Shown here: one piece after another, positions 28,217 through 42,184 of the stretch
Layout of the letters: every line of letters begins with the position of its first letter
Position numbering within the stretch: position 1 is the first letter of the stretch
DNA from: Octopus vulgaris
Taxonomy: Eukaryota
Length of the DNA stretch: 64,000 bases
Direction: 5' to 3'
Assembly (NCBI GenBank): GCA_951406725.2
Contig: OX597834.1
Span: forward strand, 39,928,001 to 39,992,000
Made by a program: the position numbers and the translations under genes
The notes under the pieces: generated by a model
Databases searched by the model: none
The model's input: the letters and a program-made list of their open reading frames with translations, nothing else
Told to the model about the DNA's origin: nothing

Positions 28217-28254
<38 letters not shown>

Positions 28255-28392
28255 GTGTGTGTGTGTGTGTATATAAATGTATACACACACATACATATAT
28301 GCATATGTGTGTCTATATATACACACATATATACATACATGTGTATGTGTGTATATATAATACACATATGTGTGTGTGTATGTGTGTGAGTG

Positions 28393-28426
<34 letters not shown>

Positions 28427-28505
28427 TACACTGTGTGTATGTCTGTATGTGAATGTGTATGTATATATATATATATATATACACACACATGTATACATAT
28501 ATGCC

Positions 28506-28554
<49 letters not shown>

Positions 28555-28586
28555 CCTCTTAGGGCATGGTCAGGGTGTCGCCAAGT

Positions 28587-28645
<59 letters not shown>

Positions 28646-30204
28646 CTAAGTACTTTGGTTTCAAACAAAAATTTTGTGTCCTTCAGTTTTAATGAAATAA
28701 CATTTTAGCTTAGAACTCTTTCATAAAATACACACACACACACATACACATATATATATTTATATATATAAATGTATATATAAATGTGTGTGTGTGTGTG
28801 TGCATGTACATTTATATATATATTTTTCGGATTGGCTTTGTATCAACCAGAAGATCTTTACTCTATTCGGTACCGGAAAATCAAAGACATTTACTGTTTT
28901 GTGTCGACAACAAACTACTGAGCGTGCAAAACACTAAGATATTCTTGATGTTGGTTGCACGCAAAAACATCACCACCATCACCATCATGTTTTTTTTTAT
29001 CACCATTTTTCTATGCCTGCTTGGGATCGTTCCTACAGTGTCTTGTCACCTTGTTATCAGTTCTCTATCATCTGGCCCACACAGCAACAGAAAAAAGAAA
29101 GAAGGACAAAAAAAAAAACCCGACCATTATTTTTCTTGTTATTAGACCTATTCTGTTGTTTTGGTATGGTTCACATGACCATCACCAACCACTCCATGGA
29201 TTGGCTTGTTATTTTATTGATGAACAAACCACACTGCTTGTATGACAGTGATACTCATTTACAACTATCATATGATGTCAAGACAAGGAGGTAGCAACAC
29301 AGACATGCATATATATATATGTAGTTGTAGTTGAACCAGAGATTTAAAAGAAGACACTTGCCCAAGGTCCCATGCGGTGAGACTGAACACAGAGTCAGGT
29401 GACTGGAAGGCAAACTTCTTACCACACACCCACCCTGCACCTATCTGATATACATATGTGTGTGTGTGTGTATGTACCTACACTGCAGCAAGGTACCTGT
29501 TTCTGTTTTTCTTTTATACTCTAACTGTTCTACACCTGGCACAAAACCACCTCCCTAAATACTGCATCCACACTCTGTCAAGGGGTCCTGTCTTGCAAGT
29601 TACTCAGCGACCTCACTGGTGCTGGTGCCACAAAAGAAAAAAAAAACAAACATTAGAAACCTTACCAAAGCAAATGTTAGAGACCAGCATAGCCCTCTGG
29701 TTAATCAGATCCTGTTAAACCGTCCAACCCATGACAGCATGGAATACAGACATCAAATGACGATGATGAAGAAGATGAAGATGATGACTGCTATTAAATC
29801 ACTTTATTCTTGTAATTTTAGCTTTTCACTCGAACGTGACATCCTGCTTAGAATAATGATACAAAACTAAAGTAGCTATCGTTTAATCTCCCCAAATCAG
29901 TTGTGACTAAGCAGAAATATGATCAAAGACATTCAAGTCTTGCCCATCCTGTATTTTATTCAGACATAGTGTAGCTAAGAGTACATTAGTCAATGTATTC
30001 CCCACCACCTCTTTATTACAATGGTGGAATTTTGATTTTTGGTTACTATTTCTAGCAACTCAGGCAACAGGAGGTGTCTTAAATAGTTCGTAGTAGTAGT
30101 AGTAGTTGTTTAGTCCCAGATCTGCTGTGATCCAGCTGACCTATGAGCAAAGACCTTCCAGCAATGACTAACCCGTTTTATTTGAAGACATAGTCTATTT
30201 AGAA

Positions 30205-30530
30205 TTATGTTGGGCAGGCTCACAAAATCAAGGGGAAAAAAGCCAACATTGCACCCATGACTCTCAGAAACACTTTTCCATGCTCGCAATTGCTGAAGCA
30301 TGGAATAAACTATCCACATCAGTTCTTAGCTGTTGGGACCCTACATCCTTCAGAACTTCCATGCTCCCCCAAAAAACAGCATGCCTGACACCCACACCTT
30401 TTTTTTATAGCCACTCATTCCCTGCTCCCTTCCTGTGCATTATTCTATATGCTGTTCATGCACTTTTAGCTACTTTATCCGATGGGTTGTGGTGCACCTG
30501 AACACTGTATACAATAAGTTTGTTATTGTT
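30205..30530 (+). mobile_element. CR1-clade LINE 3' end remnant
   Basis: Translation ...HCTHDSQKHFSMLAIAEAWNKLSTSVLSCWDPTSFRTSML resembles the CR1 ORF2 C-terminus (RxxFFxxRVxxxWNxLP..VV.....FK). Confidence 0.7.
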
Positions 30531-30780
30531 TTATTACATCCGCCTTAGCGGAGGTGAAGGTATTGTTTTCAGTCATGTTTGTTTGTCCATGGACAAGATA
30601 TCTCAAGAACCGTGGGATGGATTCAGTTGAACCTTTCAAGGATGTTTGGTCACATGACTGGCACAAACTCATTAGATTTTGGAATTAATTTGGTACCAGA
30701 CAAGGATATTTACTCTTCCTGTTTTTTTCACTAAATTTTTGAGAGCGGTCGGATTCATTTTTAGTATCCTCATTATATGT
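30531..30780 (+). mobile_element. HINE/DINE-1-like non-autonomous Helentron-type element, 5' part
   Basis: TTACATCCGCCTTAGCGGAGG (TCCGC/GCGGA hairpin), GTATTGTTTT, (GTTT)n, then GATATCTC....GGATGGATT, an order typical of these elements. Confidence 0.5.
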
Positions 30781-30814
30781 TTTGCCTGTTTCAAGTGTGA
30801 TGTTCAGTAAATGG

Positions 30815-31520
30815 GTGTATCCATGTAAAATGACAGATTTACTCCACCATCAGTCAAGTTTTGTGAAGATCCTCAAGAGATTGGAGAAGTAATCCACCAT
30901 CAAAGAAGCTTTATAAAGATCTATATGAGATAAAAGACTTATACTCCACAGTTAAATTTTGCAAAGATCCATGTAAGATCGGAGAAGTGTACTCCACCGT
31001 CAAATGGATTTTGTAAAGGTCCATAGGAGATAAGAGAAATGTATTTCACCATCAAACGGATTTTGTAAAGGTCCATGTAAGATAGGAGAAGTGTACTCCA
31101 CCGTCAAATGGATTTTGTAAAGGTCCATAGGAGATAAGAGAAATGTACTCTACCATCAAATAGATTTTGTAAAGGTCCATGGGAGATAGGAAAAATGTAC
31201 TCCCCCGTCAAATGGATTTTGTAAAGGTCCATGTGAGATAGGAGGAATGTACTCTACCGTCAAATGGATTTTGTAAAGGTCCATAGGAGATAAGAGAAAT
31301 GTACTCTACCGTCAAATGGATTTTGTAAAGGTCCATAGGAGATAGGAAAAATGTACTCCCCCGTCAAATGGATTTTGTAAAGGTCCATTTGAGATAGGAG
31401 GAATGTACTCCACCGTCAAAGGATTTTGAAATGGTCCATAGGAGATAGAAATGTACTCTTCTGTCAAATGGATTTTGTAAAGGCCCACGTGAGACAGAGG
31501 AGATGTACTCTACTGTCAGA
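30815..31520. repeat. 52-bp minisatellite (GTACTCCACCGTCAAATGGATTTTGTAAAGGTCCATAGGAGATAAGAGAAAT), ~13 copies
   Basis: GTACTC recurs at 31093, 31145, 31197, 31249, 31301, 31353 and 31405. Confidence 0.95.
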
Positions 31521-31962
31521 CAAATCTGGTAATAGTTCAACAGCTGGGCTTGTAGTATTTACTTGTTCCAAACAGGAAATCCATCTTTTGGTGATCGACT
31601 TTAGTGCCCTATTAACTCATACCATCAGCCATCACCAAGCTCCTTCTTCCCCTACACCCACACCACCACCACCATTCCTGCAATGCTCTGTCCTGTCTGT
31701 CACATGACTGACACACTTTCATTGTCTTTCAATTTCAGGAAATGGACATATGGTAACACTGGAAAAACAAAAAAAAATAACACAGGACGTGCTTACATTT
31801 TCTTCCCCCACCCCACCCCACCACCACTTTATTCTTTTTTTTCTTCTTTCTTTTCGAAATTGGTGAACTTCAAAACTAACAACATCGAGATAATAACAGA
31901 AGACCTCGAAATTATTGAAGGACAAAAAAAAAAATAATAAATAAAATTGTAAACAACATATA

Positions 31963-32480
31963 AGCGCAGACATGGCTGTGTGGCCAGAAGCTTGCTTCCC
32001 TACCTCACAGTTCCGGGTTCAGTCCCACTGCGTGACACCTTGGGCAAGTGTCTTCTACTATAGCCTCAGGCCAACCAAAGCCTTGTCAGTGGATTTGGTA
32101 GATGGAAACTGAAAGAAGCCTGTCGCATATATGTGTGTGTGTGTGTATATGTATTTGTCCCTCAACATTGCTTGACAACCAATGTTGCTGTGTTTACATC
32201 CCCCCATAACTTAGCAGTTCAGCAAAAGAGACCGATAGCATAAGTAATAGGCTGAGTGCTCCACAGACATGCACACAGTTGAGGTAGTTCTCAGGGAGGT
32301 TCAGCATGACACAGAATGTAACAAGGCTGGTGCCCTTTGAATTAAAGGTGCAACTCCTTTCTTTGCCAGCTGAATGAACTGAAGCAACATAAAATAAAGT
32401 GTCTTACTCAAGGACACAATATGCTGTCAGGAATCGAACTCACAATTTTACAATCATGAGCTAAATACCCTAACGTCTAA
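31963..32480. mobile_element. SINE A (+) abutting a SINE C-type copy (-)
   Basis: SINE A head at ~31965. Reverse-complement GTGTCTTACTCAAGGACAC...GAATCGAACTC at 32400-32445. Confidence 0.8.
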
Positions 32481-32602
32481 GCCAGGCACCTTTACTCCTA
32501 GTCCATAACTTTTGAGCAAAAATACAACTAGTCTCGCCGAGAAATCCTCCTCTCGAAATTTGAAATCTACCCTAAACAGTGGCCAATTTCAGGCATTATT
32601 AA

Positions 32603-32815
32603 CCCTTTCGTTACCGTATTTATTTTGAGATGTTCTGTGTTTCTTTCAATTAATTTTAAATATGACAAAGAATTTAGTAAAATAACTTTAAGCTAGTGTT
32701 GGGAGCATAAATTGTGACTTAGGTTTGGTGAAAGATTTTAATTCAGAACTTTTGGAAACAAGACATTTCTACTACAGAATGAGAGGCAGTTTCAGGTGGA
32801 TTGGTACCAAAAGGG
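32603..32815. mobile_element. piggyBac-type MITE with TTAA TSD
   Basis: TTAA|CCCTTTCGTTACC ... GGTACCAAAAGGG|TTAA. Further copies at 37162-37383 and 37415-37588; fragments at ~20325-20415 and ~58085-58160. Confidence 0.85.
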
Positions 32816-33794
32816 TTAAATGACTTAGAAACTTTGCCTCACCACTCTTGAAGATGGAGCAAAATGCCAGGAAGCTTTGAATCAATAATGGAGGAAGTTA
32901 TTTTGAAGAATTCAACAAGGATTAACTTGCATAGAAACGCAGTAAGTTTGTTTTGGTTTTAAAATTTTGCTTCTTCATTAACAGACCTTGTGTGTGGGTG
33001 TGTGTGTGTGTGTGTGTGCGTGTGTGTGTGTGTGTGGCGGCATGTGTGTGTGTGTCTGTATACTGTCTGTATACTGCTACACACAACTGCACATATCTAT
33101 ACATGCACAGGTGTGTATGTGTATATACAACCACACACACACCAGTGCACATTTAGATATGTATATGCATGTATGAGTATGCTTATGTATGAGTGTGCGT
33201 GTACACATACCTACACACCCATACATATGTAAACATTTACATATATGTATGTATACATTTATACATATATATATACATACGCACACACATACATATATGT
33301 ATAAATATATATATATATACACACATACACATTTATATATACATATAGATTTATATAATATATATTTATATATATATGTATATATATACATATATATATA
33401 TTATATACACACACACACACACTCATATATTCATATATATACATTTTTTTCTATACATATACACACATTGATATATACATACATACACACATATATACAC
33501 ACACATATACATAACAGTAAAGAGAATAAGTAAGAGAGATAGAAGCCAGGAAAATACAAGAAAATGAGATAAAATATAACATTGAAATAAGGGAGGTGGG
33601 GGAGTTGTGCGTTACATAATTTAGTTGCTTCGTTAAGAATTTGTAATTAGAATGAATTATAGTAGGAAATATTAGAAGAATGGATGCATAACGAGCACTA
33701 CAGTAAAATGAAGAATATACACTGAGGTTGAGATGACCTGAATATAACATTCTATAGATATATATTCTAGATATTATTATTATTATTATTATTA

Positions 33795-34107
33795 TTTATG
33801 GGTTTTTCTTCTTCTTTCAAATTTGCTTCCATTTCTCGCCGAGTGTCTTCCCGACTCCTAGGGCAAAGGAACTCATTGTATACATTGGTAGGCCATTAAA
33901 CTAAACTCACTAGTTCGTTCATTTAAAAAATTTTTTTTATAGAAATAAAGTTAAATTAAAATACATGGGTAGTAATTGTTCTCACATCGACAATGCTCTT
34001 CTCAATACGTGTGATGTACCAGTTAAGACAATCTTTTGCACATCTTGCAGGGATGGTAAGCCAGGGATCATTCTCATATAATTTTCGGTTCCCTTCTTGA
34101 TCATTCC

Positions 34108-34108
<1 letters not shown>
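33795..34108 (-). mobile_element. 5'-truncated R4/Dong-clade non-LTR retrotransposon (end of ORF plus 3' UTR) in a (TAA)n tract
   Basis: 34107-33982 translates GMIKKGTENYMRMIPGLPSLQDVQKIVLTGTSHVLRRALSM*, resembling the R4/Dong C-terminus (QKxVLxGTxHILR). (TAA)n lies on both sides. Confidence 0.8.
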
Positions 34109-34146
<38 letters not shown>

Positions 34147-34825
34147 GGGGGTGAGCTGGCAGAACCGTTAGCATGCCGGACAAAATGCTTAGTGGCATTT
34201 CGTTTGTCCTTAGGTTCTGAGTTCAAATTGCGCTGAGATTGGCTTTCCCTTTTATCGTTTCGGAGTCAATGAAATAAGTACCAGTGAGACACTGGGGTTG
34301 ATGTAATCGACTAGTTCCCTCCCCCCATTTCAGGCCTTGCACCTTCAGTAAAAAGGATTATTGTTATTGTAGTATAAGGCGGCAAGCTGGCAGAATCTTT
34401 AGCACGCCTGGTGAAATGCTTGGCAGTATTTCGTCTGCTGCTATGTTCTGAGTTCAAATTCCGCCGAGATCAACTTTGCCTTTCATACTTTCAGGGTCGA
34501 TTAAATAAGTACCAGTTATGCACTGGGGTTGATATAATCGACTTAATCCCTTTGTCTGTCCTTGTTTGTCCTCTCTGTGTTTAGCCCCTTGTGGGCAATA
34601 AAGAAATAATTACTGTTGTTGTAAAGGTGGCAACCTGGCAAAATCGTTAGTGCATGGTACAAAATGCTTAGCGGTATTTCACTGGTCACTACATTCTGAG
34701 TTCATATTCCACCAAAGTCTGTTTATCCTTGGTGGGGAAGGGGTCAATAAAATAAGTACCAGTTGAACTCTGGGTCAATGTAACTGACTCATCCCCTCAC
34801 CAAAGATTGTGACAAAATTTGAAAC
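34147..34825 (+). mobile_element. Three tandem SINE family B-type copies
   Basis: Heads at ~34148, 34378 and 34625. Confidence 0.85.
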
Positions 34826-35523
34826 ATCATCATCATCGTTTAACGTCCGTTTTCCGCACTAGCACGGGTTGGACGGTTCGACCGGGGTCTGGGAAGCCAG
34901 GAGGCTGCACCAGGCTCCAGTCTGATCTAGCAGTGTTTCTACAGCTGGATGCCCTTCCTAATGCCAACCACTCTGCGAGTGTAGTGGGTGCTTTTTGCGT
35001 GCCACCAGCACAGGTGCCAGGGGAGTCTGGCAGCGGCCATGATCGGTTGGTGCTTTTAACGTGCCACCAGCACGGAAGCCAGTCAAGGCGGCGCTAGCAT
35101 CATTATTATTATTATTGGTCAGCCCGAGGCTATAGCAGAAGACACTTGCCTGAAGTGTCATGCAATGGGACTGAACCCGGAACCATGCAGTTGGGAAGCA
35201 AGCTTCTTACCACACAGCCACACATACGCTAGACAAGAAGTTTGTTGTTGATACAATGATTAAACCGAGGGACTCCAGAGAAATTCCCCAGTGATTCATT
35301 GAGTCTGACTGCATTTTAAAGACATTAGAGAGTTCAGTAAGGGAGATGATCAAGGGAGCTTTATCGATCAGGCTTACTGACTAACAACACACAAGTTCTC
35401 TCAATTGGCTCCGACCTCTTTTGCTTTCCGGCAGAGAAAGGAAAAGCATCAAAAGATTATTGATCTCCATCACTGATAATATTAATGGTGTTAGTGATGT
35501 TGATTCATTCATGACTTCCTGCC

Positions 35524-35554
<31 letters not shown>

Positions 35555-35599
35555 CTTTTTCTTTTGATTTTTTTGTTGTTTCGTACTGTTAACAATTAC

Positions 35600-35655
<56 letters not shown>

Positions 35656-37161
35656 TATTTTATTATTATCATATGTCAACAAAACTCAGTTCTGTTGGTT
35701 TCAATAAACACTACTGTCTACTTTACTGGTCAGATATTATCAAGGTGGATTAAATGTTAGGGGGTTTTAAACACATGCGAACTTCATGGAATAAAAATAA
35801 AAAAGCTCAATGTTTTGTTTTTTATTTGTTATTGTTATTACTATCTTTTTCCTTTGTTTTTTTTTGTTTTTTTTTGTTTTTGCTTTTTTTCTTGCAGTTA
35901 GAGTATTTGTAGAGGTGAATAAGTATGTTGAATCAGAGAGGAGTATATGTTAAAGAGTACAGCAGCCAGTTAAACGTAATACAGTAGAGAAAACGTGGAA
36001 GATGGATGTATCATCATCATCATCATCATCATTGTTTTAATCTTTTGTCTTCTACCTTTTTCAGTCATTGAACTGTGGCCATACTGGGGCACTGCCTTGA
36101 AGGAGTTTAGTCAAACAAATCAAACCCAGTATTTATTTTTTTTTTTCATTTTTTTTTTTTAAAGTCTTATTCTAGCAGTCTCTTATGCTGAACTGAACTG
36201 AACTACTAAGTTACAGGGATGTAAACAAACCAACACCAGTTTTCAAGCAGTGGCAGTAGAGGAGGAGAGGGGCATTCACAAAGACACGCACACAGGCACA
36301 CACACACAAACCATCTTCATCATCATTTAACGTCTGTGTATATATTTATGTGGGTGTTTCTTTTGTGTCTGTGTTTGTCCCCTCGTCACAGCTCGACAAC
36401 AGCTGTTGGTTTGTTTACATCCCGATAACTTAACAGTTCAGCAAATGTTACTGATAGACTAAGTACGAAGCCTTAAAAAAAAAAGTCCTGGAGTTGATTT
36501 GTTCAACTAAAACCCTTGAAGGTGGTGCCCCAGCATGGTCGCAGTCACATGACTGAAACATGTAAAAGAATAAAAGAATATATACATGGGGTGACTATGT
36601 GCATGTTTGTTTCCTTGTCTTGACATCATGTGACAGTAATAAATTGGCTGTGTGGTAAGAAGCTTGCTTCCCAACCGCATGTTTCCAGGTTCAGTTCCAT
36701 TGCATGGCACCTTGGGTAAATGTCTTCTGCTATAGCCTTGGGCCAACCAAAGCCTTGTAAGTGGACTTGATAGACAAAAACTGAAAGAATCCCATCGTAT
36801 GTATGTATTGGCTGTCACTGTCATACAAGCAGTGTTGTTCACTTGGAATATTCAGTGACAACATGTCTAGCCATGGGGAAATATTACCTTACTTGGAAAC
36901 AAGTGAGGGTTAGCAACCGGAAGGGCATCCAACCACAGAAAAATCAGTCCTAATAAACTCAGTCTGACCTTTGCCAACATAGAAAAGTGAATATTCTTTT
37001 CTACTCTAGTCACAAGGCCTGAAATTTTGGGGGAAGGGACTAGTCAATTAGATCGACAACAGTACACAACTGGTACTTAATTTATCAACCCCAAAAGGAT
37101 GAAAGGCAAAGTCAACCTCAGTGAAAAGTGAATATTAAAATGATGATGCATGGAATATTAA

Positions 37162-37588
37162 CCCTTCTGATATCAACCCACATGAAACTGCATCCAACTC
37201 TGTAGTAGAAATGTCTTGTTTCCAAAAGTTCTGAATTAAAATCTTCCACCAAACCTTAGTCACAATTTATGCTCCTAACACTAGCTTAATGATAACCAAG
37301 TTATTTTACTAAATTCTTTGTTATATTTAAAATTAATTGAAAGAAACACAGAGTATCTCAACAGAAATATGGCAACAAAAGGGTTAAAAAATATAATAGA
37401 GAAACAATTCTTTACCCTTTTGATACCAATCCACCTGAAACTACCGCGTGCTCTGTAGTACAAATGTCATGCTTTCAAATGTTCTGAATTAAAATCTTCC
37501 ACCAAACTTTAGTCACAATTTATGTTCCTAACACTAGCTGAATGATAACTAAGTTATTTTACTAAATAGAAATATGGTAACAAAAGGG
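37162..37588. mobile_element. Two tandem piggyBac-type MITE copies (opposite orientation to 32603-32815)
   Basis: TTAACCCTT...AAGGGTTAA, then TTTACCCTTT...AAGGGTTAA. Confidence 0.85.
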
Positions 37589-37879
37589 TTAAATATGTTA
37601 GCAGTGACTTGGCTATTCTGTTTTCAGGCAACAACATCCCTGGGTAATTGTTTAGCAATCACTCCTGTAAATAACGGTGCTGCTATGCCAGTCACTAATG
37701 GCGCCGTTCTATCAGTTGTTAATGGTGCTGCCATACCAATCAATGTAGATCACTAGAAATGCAGAAAGCAGAATGCATTCAACACCAAGCGAGTGCAAGC
37801 ATGCATCAATGCCTTTCATGTTATCATACCTAGATATAATGGTACTGCTGTATATAAGTCATTAACGGTGCCGCTATGT

Positions 37880-38050
37880 CAGGTAACACCTCTCCCTGAT
37901 ACCCAGAACAATTTCATTAATTAAGTGAAGAGCTGGTGCATCTCCCAACCTTAACCTGCAGTAATCAGCATCTTGGCAACAATACCTGAAGCTTTCCCTG
38001 AATTTAGATGTTTAATTATCGTACTCAATAACACCTGATGCGATTTCTAT
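37880..38050 (-). mobile_element. LINE reverse-transcriptase N-terminal remnant (RTE-like)
   Basis: Minus strand IIKHLNSGKASGIVAKMLITAG...LINEIV resembles AIxxMKxGKAxGPxGIxAEMLK. Confidence 0.55.
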
Positions 38051-39107
38051 AGGTAGTTTCTCTGGAGATAGAAAAAGAATGAAGGAAAGAAAAGAGCAAA
38101 TCTGATATTTCATGTTGTGAATAAATCTTCTGTATTTCATGAGCTGAATAGGTGGAATAATACATCATAGACGTTAGGACTTTTCAGAAAAGGTGAAATA
38201 AATTACTATGGAATTTTTGTTGGAATATCTATCTAACTCAAAACCAGAAAAAGTTACCTGTGGAATCCACAAGGCACAGGTGTGACTGTGTGATTAAGAA
38301 GTTCTCTTTCCGACCACATAGTTGCAGGTTCAATCCCACTGCGTGACACCCAGAGCAAGTGTCTTTCCTTATGGCATTAGGCTGTCCAAAACTTTGTGAA
38401 CAGATTTGGTAGAAGGAGACTGAAAGAAGCCTATCATATATACCTCATCATCTTCATCATTTAGCATTTGTTTTCCATGCCTATATGAGTTGGATGGTTT
38501 GATATAGAGCTGGCCAGTCAGGGAGATGTCCAGACCCCAAATGTCTGTTGTGGCATGATTTCTACAGCTGGATGCCCTTCCAAATGCCAGCCACTTTACA
38601 GGGTGTACATGGGTGCGTTTATGCAGCTTTCACACAAGTGCATTTTATGTGACACTAGCACCTGTAGGACAAGCATACATACATACATACATATACCTAT
38701 GTGTGGCTTTGTGTCTGTGATTGTCCTCCACACCGCCTGACAACCAGTATGGGTGTGTTTACATCCCTGTAATTTAGCACTCTGGCAAAACGAGACTGAC
38801 AGAATAAATACCAGGATTAAGAAGAAGAAAAACTAAGTATTGAGGGTAGATTTGTTCAACTACAAACTCTTCAAGGTGGTGCTCCAGCATGGCCACAGTT
38901 TAATGACTAAAACAAATAAAATTAAACAACATCACCTAATGCAGCACAATAAGGTTGTCTGACAGTCTTTGGACTCAAATGAGTTAATTGGGGTCATGGC
39001 ACTAGTTTGTGCCCTATTGAGACACATGTGTAGTGCCATTGTTTATCCAAAAATCAGGACAGACCAAAACATGTGGCATTGTTGAGTAGTCACAGCTCTG
39101 GTACTAT

Positions 39108-39460
39108 GTGGAGGGGCAATGGCCCAGTGGTTAGGGCAGCGAACTCACATTCATAGGATCGCAGTTTCAATTCCCAGACCGGGCATTGTGTGTTTATTGA
39201 GCAAAAATACCTAAAGCTCCATGTGGCTCCAGCAGAGGATGGTGCCAAACCCTGCTGTACTCTTTCACCACAACTTTCTCTCACTCTTTCTTCCTGTTTC
39301 CGTTGTGCCTGTAATTCAAAGGGCCAGCCTTGTCACACTCTCTCATGCTGAATATCCTCCAAGAACTATATTAAGGATCTTGCACGTTAATCTCACGAGC
39401 AGGCTGTTCCGTTGATCGGATCAACTGGAACCCTTGTCGTCGTACGTGACGGAGTGCCAA
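39108..39460 (+). mobile_element. SINE family C
   Basis: GGAGGGGCAATGGCCCAGTGGTTAGGGCAGCG...GTTTCAATTCCC. The tail GATCAACTGGAACCCT is shared with ~42060 and ~48620. Confidence 0.85.
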
Positions 39461-39462
39461 CA

Positions 39463-39553
39463 CTATGGACATGTGATTAGAATGTCGCAGGAAAGAATCC
39501 CAAGACGGATTCTTTAGCTGAGTCAACCGGCAGAAGACCTGGAGGTAGACCAA
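39463..39553 (+). mobile_element. Short RTE-like LINE C-terminal fragment
   Basis: YGHVIRMSQERIPRRIL / ESTGRRPGGRP (one frameshift). Confidence 0.65.
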
Positions 39554-39562
39554 TAATGAGAA

Positions 39563-39876
39563 GGCGGCAAGCTGGCAGAACTGTTAGCACGCCAGGCGAA
39601 ATCCTTAGCGGTATTTCGTCTGCTGCTACGTTCTAAGTTCAAATTCCGCCGAGGTCAACTGTGTTTTGCCCCTTGTGAGTAGTAAAGAAATAGGTATTTC
39701 GTCTGCCACTATGTTCTGAGTTCAAATTCCACCGAGGTCGACTTTGCCTTTCATTCTTTCGCAGTTGATTAAATAAGTACCAGTTACACACTGGGGTCGA
39801 TATAATCGACTTAATCCATTTGTCTGTCCTTGTTTGTCCCCTCTGTGTTTAGCCCCCAGTGGGCAGTAAAGAAATG
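39563..39876 (+). mobile_element. SINE B with internal tandem restart
   Basis: Tail AAAGAAATA joins internal GGTATTTCGTC at ~39693. Confidence 0.85.
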
Positions 39877-40317
39877 AGATGGCTGGATAATAAAATATGT
39901 ATACTGAGTCCCAGTTGGTCATGCCTGGGAATCCAGCCAGAAAATTGTAATGACTGTCATTTCTAATAGAACCACATGGAGAAGGTGCCGAGGGCTCTAC
40001 CCATACAATATTCCCAAAAGTAGTGGGCGGAGAAGATGGCTGTGTGAATGCATGGATGGATGGATGGATGTCATTTATTCATAAACCACACGGTATTGGT
40101 ACTGAAGTAGTAATTATTGTAAAGTCATTAATTAATGTATCATTACGTAAATGAGTTGTGTTGGTCACAAGTTTTTAGTAATTTTTTCATGACTTTCATG
40201 GACAATTTGGTCGAGAAAGAGAGATGGGAGGGAAAGATGTGGGGGAGAGCAAGAAGGGAGGAGAGAATACAGTGAATACAGATGAATTGTTAAATTACAA
40301 TGAAACAGCATTAACTA

Positions 40318-40361
<44 letters not shown>

Positions 40362-40602
40362 TAGTATTAGTTGCACTGGTATAAATTATTTACAACAAAA
40401 GGTAATTAAAGTTACTAAACAATTAATACAATAGAGACACCCTCCACCCCAACTCACCTACCTCCCACGCCCACACACACGCACACACACTCTTAGCATG
40501 TCATCACATTTGTGAGCAGGGGGGGGGGGTTGTGTGTGGGTATTATTGTATTCAACAAATGAATAGCTGGGATTATCAGCAACACATTTTCATGGCAACA
40601 CA

Positions 40603-40912
40603 AGAGAGAGAGAGAGATAGAGAGAGAACGAATGAGAGAGAGAGAGAGAATGAGAGAGAGAGAGAATGAGAGAGAGAGAGAACGAGAGAGGGAGAGAGAA
40701 CGAGAGAGAGAGAGAACGAGAGAGAGAGAGGGAGAGAACGAGAGAGAGAGAGAACGAGAGAGAGAGAGAATGAGAGATGAGAGAGGGAACGAGAGAGAGA
40801 GAGAACGAGAGAGAGAGAATGAGAGATGAGAGAGGGAACGAGAGAGAGAGAGAGGGAACGAGAGAGAAAGAGAGAGAGAGAAAGAGAGAGAATGAGAGAA
40901 AGAGAGAGAATG

Positions 40913-40964
<52 letters not shown>

Positions 40965-41032
40965 AGAGAGAGAGAGAGAACGAGAGAGAGAACAAGAGAG
41001 AGAGAGAGAGAGAACGAGAGAGAGAGAGAGAG
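40603..41032. repeat. (GA)n array punctuated by AAC/AAT
   Basis: Direct inspection. Confidence 0.97.
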
Positions 41033-41358
41033 TTTTTAAAGAAGAAGAGAGAAAAGCAAAATGACCGACCAACAAGTTGTACAGTAAAAGCTTGCTTTTA
41101 TATTTTCTGGTAACAAGTTTATTGATTCCGGTTGTTTCTCGCTGTGTGTGGTCTCTGGTGAAGCAGTGGTGGGGTGGCTTTTATCTTTGTGTTCAGTGTG
41201 TACACATAGATACAGAGATATCTAGATACAAAGACACAGACACACACACAGACACACACGCACACACACACACACATATATATATAATACATACATGTAT
41301 ATATGTGTGTGTTTGTGTGTGTAGACAGACAGGCCTAGAGATATTTATGCATACACAA

Positions 41359-41406
<48 letters not shown>

Positions 41407-41533
41407 GTGTGTGTATAGGATGACAGACAGACATATATAGACATGTGTGCATACATGAATATACATACATACATGTGCATAGAAACAGACATATGCGTAC
41501 AAATATGCATTCATATACGGTTATATGTGTACA

Positions 41534-41618
<85 letters not shown>

Positions 41619-42184
41619 TAAAAGAAAGAGACAGATAGATGGACGGACAGACAGAAGAAGAGGGAGTGTCAATAAATTAAGAATTTTTTGCAGACATCAT
41701 TTAGTACATTAATTTTGAATTTAATTAACAAGGTTCCTGGCATTGGCCTATTTGAATTATTTCCCTTTGCTCTTTTTATATCTAATTATCAAAATTAAGT
41801 GCATGGCTTAATGATTAAGGTATTTGGCCCATGATCATAAGGTTATGAACTGTCTCCTTGAGCAAGACATTTCATTTTTCATCGCTCCTGTCCACTCAGT
41901 TGGCAAAAATGAATCATACCTGTAATTCACAGGGGGCCAGCCTCATCACACTCTGTGTCATGCTGAATCTCCCTGAGAACTACGTTAAGGGTACATTTGT
42001 GTCTGTGGAGTACTCAGCCACTTTCATGTTAACTTCACGAGTAGGGTGTTCTGTTGATAGGATCAACTGGAACCCTCGTCCTCGTGACAGATGGAGGGTC
42101 AGTTTTATTACAAAAAAAACAAAAGATAAACCATCAACTGAATCATTCAGACAGTGCTGTTCATCAACAGTGTTTCAAAACATG

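Noticed and set aside
37628-37756. Plus-strand exon-like piece with NGAA repeats
   Set aside because: Degenerate 27-bp tandem repeat ending in a stop, wedged between a MITE and a LINE remnant.
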